Under the pieces are notes generated by a model. That model saw only the letters and a list, made by a program, of their open reading frames with translations. It had not been told where the DNA came from and ran no database searches. This document shows positions 29,525 to 38,886 of a stretch of 64,000 nt of DNA, one piece after another (within the stretch, counting starts at the first letter, position 1; the number at the start of each line of letters is the position of its first letter). The DNA lies in contig JAYGCN010000288.1 in assembly GCA_046583315.1 (NCBI GenBank), forward strand, positions 24,807-88,806, given 5' to 3'. The position numbers and the translations under genes were made by a program. The DNA comes from Candidatus Hydrogenedentota bacterium. Its GTDB lineage: Bacteria > Hydrogenedentota > Hydrogenedentia > Hydrogenedentales > GCA-2746185.

Positions 29525-31687
29525 TTGCATCCTCATGGGATGAGATACGTGGGGCAGAGTCCGCATGACATACTCCGATCCATTTTCGGCTATGATTCCT
29601 TCCGGGGGGATCAGGAGGCGATTGTTGAGCAGGTGCTGGTTGGGGGGAATGCCTTTGTTTTGATGCCGACGGGTGGCGGGAAGTCGTTGTGTTATCAGAT
29701 TCCGGCGATTTGTCGTGAGGGCGTGGGCATTGTGGTGTCGCCGTTGATTGCCTTGATGCAGGATCAGGTGACCGCGCTGGAACAGGCGGGCGTGCATGCG
29801 GCGGCGTTGAATTCGACGTGTTCGGAGGAGCAGGTTCGCGAGGTGAAACGACGCCTTCGCGCGCGTGAGCTGGACCTGTTGTATGTCGCGCCGGAACGTC
29901 TCGCGACGCAACCCCTGGATCAGATGGTGCAGGGCTGTCCGGTCGCGGTGATCGCGATTGATGAGGCGCATTGCGTATCGCAGTGGGGATATGATTTTCG
30001 GCCGTCGTATCAGCAGTTGAGTATTCTGCGCGAGGAATATCCGAATGTTCCGTTTATCGCGTTGACGGCGACGGCGGACGAGTTGACACGCGCGGACATC
30101 GTTAAACAATTTCGACTGACCGGACCGCAGGACAAGACCTTTATCGCCGGATTCGATCGTCCGAACATTCGGTACGCAATATCGCCGAAAGACAGACCCA
30201 ATCAGCAGTTGCTGGAATTCATAAAAAGCGATTACGCGAACTCCGCGGGCATTGTGTATTGCATGTCGCGCAAAAAGGTGGAGACGGTTGCGCTGATGTT
30301 GCTCGACAAGGGATTCAACGCTTTGCCCTATCATGCCGGACTCGATGCGGATGTGCGCGAGAACAATCAGAATCGATTTTTACGCGAAGACGGTATCATT
30401 ATGGTAGCCACAGTCGCATTTGGTATGGGTATCGACAAGCCGGACGTGCGGTTTGTGTTTCACATGGACCTGCCGAAGAGTATTGAGGCGTATTATCAGG
30501 AAACGGGACGTGCGGGGCGCGATGGGGAGCCGTCGGACGCGTACATGGTTTATGAAACCAGGGACATCGTGCGTATTCGGGGTTTCGTGACGGATTCGGA
30601 TGCTCCACCTGAACAAAAGCAGATCGAAATGCAGCGCATCAACGAATTGGTGGCGCTGTGTGAATCGGCGACTTGTCGACGTCAGACCGTATTGCGATAC
30701 TTTGGCGAAGACGCGGAATCGTGCGGGAATTGCGACATCTGTTTGGATCCACCCGAGACCTTTGACGGACTCATTGCCGCGCAGAAGTTGTTGTCCTGCG
30801 TGCATCGGATTCGGGAGGGCTTCGCGCTGGGCCACGTCATCGATATTTTGATGGGCAATCGAACGCCGCTGGTCAATACGTGGAATCATGACCAGCTGCC
30901 GACTTTTGGCGTAGGGAGTGAATTGTCGCAAGACGAATGGAAAGAAGTAGGGCGTCAGATGATATCCGGCGGCATGCTGGAGATGGATACTCCCGAAAAC
31001 TTCAGCAAACTCAGCCTGGGTGCCGAGTCAAAGTCCGTGCTCAAAGGCGATGCCGATGTAAAATTCACAAAGCGACCCAAGGTACAACGCAAAACGCAGG
31101 GGAGATCATCCGCTTCCAGGAAAGCCACCGCCGATCTCAGTGCGCCGCAGTTGGAGGTGTTTGAGCAGCTGCGTGCGAAACGTGCTTCCCTGGCGGCTGA
31201 GCAAGATGTGCCTGCCTATTTTGTGTTCTCTGACAAGTCGCTGGTGGACATGGTGATGAAAATGCCACAGTCGATGGGGGAGATGTCGAGTATTTCCGGA
31301 GTCGGTGCCGCGAAACTGAAGCGATACGGGGAGGTTTTTCTCGGCGTATTGAATGGGGAAACCGATGGTGAGCTGAGATATGTATCGGATGATGTTGGGG
31401 AGATGCCGGAGGCAAAAGTACAGTCGGATAAGCCATCACCGAATCGTCGCGGCAAACGTTGGACGGATGAAGAGGACGAGGAGCTGATCTCGCAGATTTG
31501 TGCGGACATGCCATTGACCGAGATCGGGAAATTGCACGGTCGAACAATAGGGGGCATTGCGTCGCGCGTGCCGATACTGTGCGAGAAACGGTTTGGCCAA
31601 AAAATCTTCCGCGATGACCTCGCGGAACTAATCGCCGAACAATCGTTGGGCGCGTATGTGCGGAGCCTCTCCAAGATATCCGGGTAG
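29525..31687 (+). CDS. recQ: ATP-dependent DNA helicase RecQ with C-terminal extension
   Basis: MPTGGGKSLCYQ, DEAHCVSQWG, YYQETGRAGRDG, Zn motif CRR...CGNCDIC, RQC and HRDC domains. True start may be 29540 or 29549. Confidence 0.95.
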   Translation: MHPHGMRYVGQSPHDILRSIFGYDSFRGDQEAIVEQVLVGGNAFVLMPTGGGKSLCYQIPAICREGVGIVVSPLIALMQDQVTALEQAGVHAAALNSTCSEEQVREVKRRLRARELDLLYVAPERLATQPLDQMVQGCPVAVIAIDEAHCVSQWGYDFRPSYQQLSILREEYPNVPFIALTATADELTRADIVKQFRLTGPQDKTFIAGFDRPNIRYAISPKDRPNQQLLEFIKSDYANSAGIVYCMSRKKVETVALMLLDKGFNALPYHAGLDADVRENNQNRFLREDGIIMVATVAFGMGIDKPDVRFVFHMDLPKSIEAYYQETGRAGRDGEPSDAYMVYETRDIVRIRGFVTDSDAPPEQKQIEMQRINELVALCESATCRRQTVLRYFGEDAESCGNCDICLDPPETFDGLIAAQKLLSCVHRIREGFALGHVIDILMGNRTPLVNTWNHDQLPTFGVGSELSQDEWKEVGRQMISGGMLEMDTPENFSKLSLGAESKSVLKGDADVKFTKRPKVQRKTQGRSSASRKATADLSAPQLEVFEQLRAKRASLAAEQDVPAYFVFSDKSLVDMVMKMPQSMGEMSSISGVGAAKLKRYGEVFLGVLNGETDGELRYVSDDVGEMPEAKVQSDKPSPNRRGKRWTDEEDEELISQICADMPLTEIGKLHGRTIGGIASRVPILCEKRFGQKIFRDDLAELIAEQSLGAYVRSLSKISG

Positions 31688-31718
31688 TAGACTTTTCCTC
31701 TGCGCTAAATCTTGGTAC

Positions 31719-34700
31719 TTACTCCACCCGCATCGGCTTCGGTCCGCGCAAATCGCCGGTTGGTTTCAGGTCGGGTTTGGGTCGATTGGTGAATTTTTCG
31801 TGACTGCGTTCGTGCAGGCTGTCTAGGGTGACGGGTTTTCCGGCGATGAACATGCCCACGGTGCGTGTGCCGGCTTGTGTGGGGTCGCCAGTGGTGATGA
31901 TGACGTCGGCGATTTTTCCGGATTCGAGCGAGCCAACGGAGTCTTCGAGGCCGAGAATTTTTGCGGCGTTGATGGTGATGGATTCAAGTGCGGCCTGTTG
32001 CGTCATTCCTTGGGCTACGGCGAAGCCTGCGTTGCTTGCAAGTTGTCGTGCGAATTCGGTCCCCGTAGAAGCGGTTGCGACGAGCACGCCTGCTTCGTGA
32101 AGTTTTCCCGGGTTTTCATAGTGGGCATCGAAACGTTCGTAGGAATCCCCACCTCCAAAGGAGGAAAACGGCAAGGTGTAAATCGACGTGACGATGACGG
32201 GAACGTTTTTCTCTGCGAGCGTGTCCGCTAGTTTCCAGGCATCGGCTCCGCCAAGGATGACGGCCTTCAGGTTGTAGGTTTCGGCGAATTTGAGCGATTG
32301 CAGGATCTTTTTGTAGGATTGTGCACGGAAAAATACCGTTTTCGTACCGGTTACGTACGGACGCATCGCTTCGAGACGCATGTTGATTTTCATATTCGGA
32401 GTGCTACTGCGCAGATCGTTGTAATGTTTCGCATCGCGCATGAAGGCCTCGGTTTTTTCGAAGGATTCCTGATGTTTTTCCAGGCGTTTCTTGTACTTTT
32501 CTTCGTCGTCGATGTTTTCCTTATTGGGCAACACCGGAAGATCGATCACGAGTCCCGTTTCGTTGCTACGAAGTAACTCGGGAGTCGTCCAACCGACCAT
32601 CTGGATGGCGCTACCTTGTCCGGAGATGATGCCGCCACGCGGTACGGAGTGGGAGAGGGTTATGCCTTCGCAGAGGGACACGGGGATGTGTTCGCTGTGC
32701 GGGTTGATGGCGGAAAGCGCGCGTAGTTCGGGTTGGTATGTTGCCAGGTCGCGGGAGTCAACCGTTTGGGACAATCCTGAAATTTCGGAGAGACCCATTT
32801 GCGTTGCGGCGTTGATGAGGCCGGGATAGACGTGCAGTCCGGATGCATCGACAATGGAAGCACCAGCGGGTCGCGAGTCACTGGCAAGCACGTCAACGAT
32901 TTTCCCGTCGCGTATAAGCAGCGTGCCGTTTTCGACGGTGTCTCCGGTAACGGGATGAATCGTCGCGCCAACAATCGCGTAGGTGGATGAGGGTTCGGGC
33001 AGGGGCAAGAGATCGCGCGGCGGCTCTGGAATGAAGGTGGATGCTGGGCCCGGCGTCGAACCGTCGAGTTTCAGATCGGGATGTACGAAGAAGATGTCTC
33101 CTTCGATGATGGTCATCATGTTTTTGGAATGAGTGTCTAGCGGATGTCCGGTGAACACGGCGAGGTCGCCATCTTTTCCGACTTCGATGCTGCCGATACG
33201 AGAATCGAGACCAATCTGAATCGCGGGATTGATCGTGATGAGTTTGATCGCATCTTCAGCAGAGAGGCCACCGTAGCGCATCGTTTTGCCCGCTTCCAGA
33301 TTCAGATGTCGAATGTCGTCGGACGAATCCGAGTTGAGACTGGTCACGATGCCTTCTTTCATCATCATCGCGGCATTGTAGGGAATCGCGTCGAAGGCTT
33401 CTTTCTTGTAGGACCACCAATCGGCAAAAGTAGAGCCGCCCACACCGTGGTTGTACATTTCCGGGGCGACGCGATAGCCTTCCAGCACGTGTTGAAGCGT
33501 GGCGATTCGGAATCCGTAATCCTGGGCGACATTCAAGAGCCGCAGCATCTCGTCGCCGCGGTAACAATGCGAATGCACCCAGATGTTGCCCGCGAGAATG
33601 TCGGAGATAGCATCCAGGCGGAGATCGCGCCGGGGAATGCCGAGTATTTTACCTTGGCTGAATCCTTCTTCGTAGGCCGCCCACTCTGCGTTGTATTTGA
33701 TGGCCTCGTTGAAGGCGTGGCGGAATACCGATTCGACACCCATGCGGCTGTTGGGGAAGCGGGGGATGGGTCTACCGCGAGTAACGTTCTCGCCGAGCGC
33801 GAATTTCACGATGCGCGGGCCGCTGGTGACCAGCATGTCGCGGGGGGACGTCATGTATTTGAGTTTGAGCACGGCATTTTGACCGCCCATGGAGTTTGCT
33901 GAGCCGTGCATCGTGTGAATCGTTGTCACGCCGCCAGCCAGTGCGTTGTAGATGGACAGGGCTGTATGATCGACGACATCGGCCTGGCGTACTTCGCTGG
34001 ATATGGATTGCGTCCACTCGTTGATTCCGGTCACCGCGATGTGGGAATGCGGGTCGATGATGCCGGGCATGATCCAATAGCCAGTCAAATCGATCATTGT
34101 AACCCCGTCGCGTACAGCTCTTGGAAGGATATCCGTACCGATTGCACGAATTTTTCCGTTGCGAATCAGGATATCCGTGTCGTATTGAATGGGGCCTGTG
34201 ACCGGAACGACGGTTGCATTCTGAAGCAGGATGTTTCTATTCGTCTGAAGTTCTATCTTTCGATCCGAGGCGAATTCGGCGCTCCATGAATGCACATCGA
34301 CAGCTTCGGTGTCCTCGGACTCTTCGTCTTCACCTTCTTCATCCGCCTTTTCGTCGTCGGATTCGTCATCTTCTTTGTCGCCATTGGTTTGGAACGTGAA
34401 CTGTTCTCCGTCTATGAATACGTGGCGCACCTGGCTATCTTCTTCGCCGAGGGGGGCCGTGAGCAGCGTGATATTGGCCAGTTTCCCGGGGGTCAAGGTG
34501 CCGATCTGGTCGTCGAGCCCCAGAATGCGCGCCGGGGTGCGGGTGAGGGCTTCGAGAAGCTCCTTGGGGCTCAATTCTAGTTCCAGGGCTTTTTCGATCT
34601 GCTCCATCAGCTTGTCCGGTTTCTTCTGATCACGGCCGGTGATGGCGACTTGAACGCCGGCGGCTTGCAAGGCGTGCAGATTATTGACCTGCTCCTCCCA

Positions 34701-35789
34701 AAGGCGCACCCGATCTTCACGAACGGCTTTCGGCTCCAGGAAATCCTTTTCGAATTCAGGTGTCCAGGAGACGGTGGTGTAGGTCTTGTTGCCTTTCGAG
34801 GGTTTGGGTGCGAGTTTCGGTTTTTCATCGAAGTCCAGCGACACGATAACGGGCACATTTTCGCGCGCGAGGCGGTCTGCGACTTTCCAGGCTTCTTTGC
34901 CGCCGAGTATCGCAATGCGCTGATTGAATTCCAGCGCCAGATCGAGCGCGTGATGAATTTCATTGGGGGTGTCAACCGAGAAAATCCACATCTGATCGCG
35001 ATCAAGGAGCGGCTGCATGGCATCGAGTACCGGATCGATTGGAGGGCGTTCTAATAGATTCGGTTGCTGTACATAGAGATCGTTTCGTGCTCGATACCAT
35101 TCGGCATCCATATAGAGTTGACGCAACATCGCGACGCTGCCCATTTTGGAGCCCGGGTAGGCGCGTCCGTCGGAATAGCTGATGTCTTCGAAATCGCCGA
35201 AGCCGAGGATTTGCGTGATGCGTGAGGCAAGGGTCGCGCTGCGCAAGGGGCTGCCACTCAATTGGATGACATCACCGGCACCGGTCATGATGTCGGGGTG
35301 AGGAGTCACTAGCGCAGTCGTAAAACCGGCGGCACGGTATGCGTCCATTGCGTCGTCGTCTTGTTTATAGAAATCCGATACGCCGAGATGCGGCCATACG
35401 CCGAGCCGGTTTGCCTGTTGCATGTGCGTGCGCGGTCCCTGGTTGACCGGATACTCGTCTTCTTTGACCAAATCGAGCTTGTCGTCGGATGGTTTTTTGT
35501 CTTTGATACCGAGATGTGTAGCCGCGTCAATGAATCCGGGGTAGGCATAGAGTCCGGAAGCGGAAATCACGCGGGCGTTGCGCGGCAGATCAGATTGGTT
35601 GCCGATGGCCGTGATGCGTCCGTGATGAATGATGATCGTCGCATTTTCGATGGTCGAGTTTGGATCGGGTGAGGCGGTCACCCCTGTGATGGCGATGGGT
35701 GTGTCAAAACTGTCTTGCGCCCAACATGGTCCAGCAAGCGCACAGAATACCCCAAACAAACTTAGAAATAGCGTGGTTATTCTCATCAT
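31719..35789 (-). CDS. Secreted amidohydrolase-family protein with three tandem amidohydrolase modules
   Basis: Signal peptide; three PG(F/I/L)I(D/N) module starts (DAATH, DPHSH, NAATQ) and three G(T/S)(L/I)xxGKx(A/G)(N/D) module ends. Confidence 0.88.
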   Translation of the reverse strand: MMRITTLFLSLFGVFCALAGPCWAQDSFDTPIAITGVTASPDPNSTIENATIIIHHGRITAIGNQSDLPRNARVISASGLYAYPGFIDAATHLGIKDKKPSDDKLDLVKEDEYPVNQGPRTHMQQANRLGVWPHLGVSDFYKQDDDAMDAYRAAGFTTALVTPHPDIMTGAGDVIQLSGSPLRSATLASRITQILGFGDFEDISYSDGRAYPGSKMGSVAMLRQLYMDAEWYRARNDLYVQQPNLLERPPIDPVLDAMQPLLDRDQMWIFSVDTPNEIHHALDLALEFNQRIAILGGKEAWKVADRLARENVPVIVSLDFDEKPKLAPKPSKGNKTYTTVSWTPEFEKDFLEPKAVREDRVRLWEEQVNNLHALQAAGVQVAITGRDQKKPDKLMEQIEKALELELSPKELLEALTRTPARILGLDDQIGTLTPGKLANITLLTAPLGEEDSQVRHVFIDGEQFTFQTNGDKEDDESDDEKADEEGEDEESEDTEAVDVHSWSAEFASDRKIELQTNRNILLQNATVVPVTGPIQYDTDILIRNGKIRAIGTDILPRAVRDGVTMIDLTGYWIMPGIIDPHSHIAVTGINEWTQSISSEVRQADVVDHTALSIYNALAGGVTTIHTMHGSANSMGGQNAVLKLKYMTSPRDMLVTSGPRIVKFALGENVTRGRPIPRFPNSRMGVESVFRHAFNEAIKYNAEWAAYEEGFSQGKILGIPRRDLRLDAISDILAGNIWVHSHCYRGDEMLRLLNVAQDYGFRIATLQHVLEGYRVAPEMYNHGVGGSTFADWWSYKKEAFDAIPYNAAMMMKEGIVTSLNSDSSDDIRHLNLEAGKTMRYGGLSAEDAIKLITINPAIQIGLDSRIGSIEVGKDGDLAVFTGHPLDTHSKNMMTIIEGDIFFVHPDLKLDGSTPGPASTFIPEPPRDLLPLPEPSSTYAIVGATIHPVTGDTVENGTLLIRDGKIVDVLASDSRPAGASIVDASGLHVYPGLINAATQMGLSEISGLSQTVDSRDLATYQPELRALSAINPHSEHIPVSLCEGITLSHSVPRGGIISGQGSAIQMVGWTTPELLRSNETGLVIDLPVLPNKENIDDEEKYKKRLEKHQESFEKTEAFMRDAKHYNDLRSSTPNMKINMRLEAMRPYVTGTKTVFFRAQSYKKILQSLKFAETYNLKAVILGGADAWKLADTLAEKNVPVIVTSIYTLPFSSFGGGDSYERFDAHYENPGKLHEAGVLVATASTGTEFARQLASNAGFAVAQGMTQQAALESITINAAKILGLEDSVGSLESGKIADVIITTGDPTQAGTRTVGMFIAGKPVTLDSLHERSHEKFTNRPKPDLKPTGDLRGPKPMRVE

Positions 35790-35882
35790 TCAGCCCTTCC
35801 ATAAAATGAAATTGTTTGCAATAGCAAGGAAACCATAGTACAAGCTGAAGTGAAATGGTGCAAGTTCAGTGTGGGATGAGGT

Positions 35883-38810
35883 CTAGTCTCTGGAGCCGGG
35901 CGTGAGTTCCAATTCGATCGTTTCACCATCACGCAGGACTTTTACTGTGATCGTCTCGCCAATTTTCAGGGCTTCAATGGCGAAGGTGTAGTCGTAAATG
36001 TTTTCGATTTTCGCGCCTCCGAGTTCGGTAATGATGTCGCCCGTTTTCAGGCCCGCGTCTTCGGCGGGTGCGCCTTTGGTCACGCCGGAGAGTTTGAGGC
36101 CTTTGATGTCGGTCGCGTAATCGGGGATGGTGCCGAGATAGGCGTGCAGGTTCGCCCGGCGTTCTATATTTTCCGGTCGTTTGACGACCTGGTAGTCAGG
36201 AATATCGTCGTTCATGACGAGTGAGCGCGCGATAAGGCCCATCAGTTTCACAATCTGCGTGGTGCCTTCATAATTAATCTTGTCGGCCGTGTCGCGGGGG
36301 GAATGATAGTCTTCGTGTGCGCCGGTGAATGCGTTCAGCACGGGCACGCCGCGTTGGTAAAAGGGTGTCGTGTCGGTGGGCAGGTTCGCTTCCTCCACTG
36401 GTGTGATGGACAGGCCGATGGGCGCATTGCGACGTTCGATTTCACGGGTCCAAAGAGAGCTGGAGCCGATACCCTGAATGACGAGTTCCTGGTCCAGGCG
36501 ACCGATCATGTCCATGTTTAGATACGAGGACACTTCGGGATAGAGGTCGTCACTCGCGTTCTTGCCTGGGTAGGTGCTCGTAAAGTGATTGGAGCCAAGC
36601 AGGTTGATTTCTTCGCCGGACCAAGCGGCAAAGATCACGTCGCGTTTGAGTTCGAGGCCATTGGCTTTTTGGTGGGTAAGAAATTGCGCGATTTCGAGTA
36701 CCCCGCTTACGCCGGAAGCGTTGTCGTCGGCACCGTGGTGGATGGCATCGACTTCATCATCGTGGGCAAGGGAGGATTGATTGCGCCCCACGCCGAGATG
36801 GTCCAGGTGTGCGCCCACGACCATGATCTGATTGCCGGGGGAATCACCTGCATTGAGTCGCGCGACGACGTTGCGGCCTGTTGCTTTGGTTTGCAGAATG
36901 TCGATGGTGCCGCCAATGAGTATGTTTTCCAGTTCGAAACCCATTGAAATTTCGCCGGTATCCAGGAAAGTCTGCAATTCGGCAAGGTTTTTTCCGCCAG
37001 GTTCAAGCATGCGCTGGGCGAGTTCATCCGTGATCGAAATGGTGTAGAGGCTGATGCCTGCGATGGAGCCGTCCGTGCCCATTCGGACGAGATCGTTTTT
37101 GACTTTGGAATTTGGACCGGATACGACAATCATGCCTTTGGCACCCAGATCGCGCAGCTTCATCGCTTTGTAGCGCAGGCTAGAGTGGGTGTTGAAGTGT
37201 TGCCGTGTGGTTACATCGATTTCGTTGGGCATGTATCGCAACACCATGACCCATTTATCGGTCACGTCGAGGTGAACGAAAGAATCGTATTCGGGAATGT
37301 CTTCTTCGTCCTGGACACCTGTTTTTTCGGGAGCCTGAATTCCGTATCCCGCGAACACGACTTTGCTACGCTTGATGTCGCCGACATCGGAGAACGCAAT
37401 GGGGCGCCAGTCGATGTTGAGTTCTGACTTTTCAGCAGCCAAACCGTTTCGCACGTTGAGGGCACTGTTCGGGCCTGTGTTGAGTCCAGCCGTGAATTCG
37501 AATTCCTGGAAATAGGTCCCGTTGTCGCCGGCGGGTTCGAGGCCGAGCGCCTTGAAGGTGTCCGCGACGTAGGCCGTCGCTTTGAGCTCACCCGGCGTCC
37601 CGGTACCGCGGCCCTCAAGCTGATCGGAGGCAAGGAATTCGATGTGTCCTCGAATGTCGTCAACGGAGATGGCTGCCGTGGATAAATTCGGATCAGGCGC
37701 GTCGGTGTATTTGGCGTCGTCGGCGTTGTTGAGTCCGAGGGCTTCGCGCGCGGCCTTGTCATTCCAGGAGGCCATGAACAGTTGGGATTGCTTGGCTGTG
37801 GTGCGATTCGTGGTCCAGGCCAGTTTCGTGCCGTCCGGCGTGAACACCGGCAGGCCGTCGAATCCGTCGGTGAAGGTGACGCGGACGGGGTCTTTTTTGC
37901 CTTGGGCATCGACGATGAAGAGCTCGAAGTTAGCGAATCCGAGGCTGTTGTTGGTGAAGATGAGGTAGTCGCCGGAAGGGTGGTAGTACGGTGCCCACGA
38001 CATCGCTTTGACGTGGGTGAGTCGTTTCTGATCGCTGCCGTCGATGTTCATGGTGTAGATTTCTGCTGTCGCGCCATTGGGTGCGAAACGTCGCCAGGTG
38101 ATGCGCGTGCCGTCGGGACTGAAGAAGGGGCCGCCGTCGTAACCGGGAGAGTGGGTGAGTCGTTTGACGTTGGAGCCGTCCGCGTTCATGACGTAAATTT
38201 CCGTCATGTAGGCGGGGTCGAGGTCGAAGGCATCTGAATCTTCTTCGGACATGGGTTCTTCGTATGCGGGACGGTTGGACGCGAAGGCGATGAGTTTTCC
38301 GTCTGGAGAGTAGGAACCCTCCGCATTGTAACCGCGCGCGTTAGTGAGATTTTTGAAGTAGCTACCCTTGATATCGGACTCGTAGATCTCGTAGTGCTCG
38401 TCGTAGTCCCAGGAGTAGCGACGTTCCTGGCCCGACGCGCGAAAATCCAGCTCGTCTTGTTGAAGTTTTCTAGATTGCGGGTCGCCGTGGGTTGACGCGA
38501 AGAGCACACGTTTGTTGTCGGGGTGAATCCATGCGCAGGAGGTCTTGCCGTGACCGGGGGAGACGCGATTGATGTCGCCCATCTCCAGGTCGAGCAGATA
38601 GATTTGGTACCAGGGATTATCGTCCATGCGCTCGCTCTGGAAGAGGAGTTTCGTTCCGTCGGCGTTAAAGTACCCCTCGCCCGCGCGTAGGCCTTCGAAG
38701 GTGAGTTGCCGGGTGTCGGAGAGGTAGGTGGGCTCATCCTGGGCATGCGCAAATGGCGTGGCAATGGTTAGAAACAGGGCTACAATGGAGCAGATACGCG
38801 TGCGAATCAT
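35883..38810 (-). CDS. Secreted PD40/TolB-like propeller + PA + M28 peptidase + PDZ protein
   Basis: Signal peptide; repeated (F/Y)SPDG propeller blades; GAHLDHLG, GADDNASG, WSGEE, NMDMIGR and YHSPRD motifs; C-terminal YLGTIPD...GDII PDZ. Confidence 0.9.
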   Translation of the reverse strand: MIRTRICSIVALFLTIATPFAHAQDEPTYLSDTRQLTFEGLRAGEGYFNADGTKLLFQSERMDDNPWYQIYLLDLEMGDINRVSPGHGKTSCAWIHPDNKRVLFASTHGDPQSRKLQQDELDFRASGQERRYSWDYDEHYEIYESDIKGSYFKNLTNARGYNAEGSYSPDGKLIAFASNRPAYEEPMSEEDSDAFDLDPAYMTEIYVMNADGSNVKRLTHSPGYDGGPFFSPDGTRITWRRFAPNGATAEIYTMNIDGSDQKRLTHVKAMSWAPYYHPSGDYLIFTNNSLGFANFELFIVDAQGKKDPVRVTFTDGFDGLPVFTPDGTKLAWTTNRTTAKQSQLFMASWNDKAAREALGLNNADDAKYTDAPDPNLSTAAISVDDIRGHIEFLASDQLEGRGTGTPGELKATAYVADTFKALGLEPAGDNGTYFQEFEFTAGLNTGPNSALNVRNGLAAEKSELNIDWRPIAFSDVGDIKRSKVVFAGYGIQAPEKTGVQDEEDIPEYDSFVHLDVTDKWVMVLRYMPNEIDVTTRQHFNTHSSLRYKAMKLRDLGAKGMIVVSGPNSKVKNDLVRMGTDGSIAGISLYTISITDELAQRMLEPGGKNLAELQTFLDTGEISMGFELENILIGGTIDILQTKATGRNVVARLNAGDSPGNQIMVVGAHLDHLGVGRNQSSLAHDDEVDAIHHGADDNASGVSGVLEIAQFLTHQKANGLELKRDVIFAAWSGEEINLLGSNHFTSTYPGKNASDDLYPEVSSYLNMDMIGRLDQELVIQGIGSSSLWTREIERRNAPIGLSITPVEEANLPTDTTPFYQRGVPVLNAFTGAHEDYHSPRDTADKINYEGTTQIVKLMGLIARSLVMNDDIPDYQVVKRPENIERRANLHAYLGTIPDYATDIKGLKLSGVTKGAPAEDAGLKTGDIITELGGAKIENIYDYTFAIEALKIGETITVKVLRDGETIELELTPGSRD

Positions 38811-38886
38811 GAGGCAATCCCGATAATTTTATTGTGGGCGAAAAGAGTTATGATACAGAACGAATCCGGTGATTTCGACCTTACGA

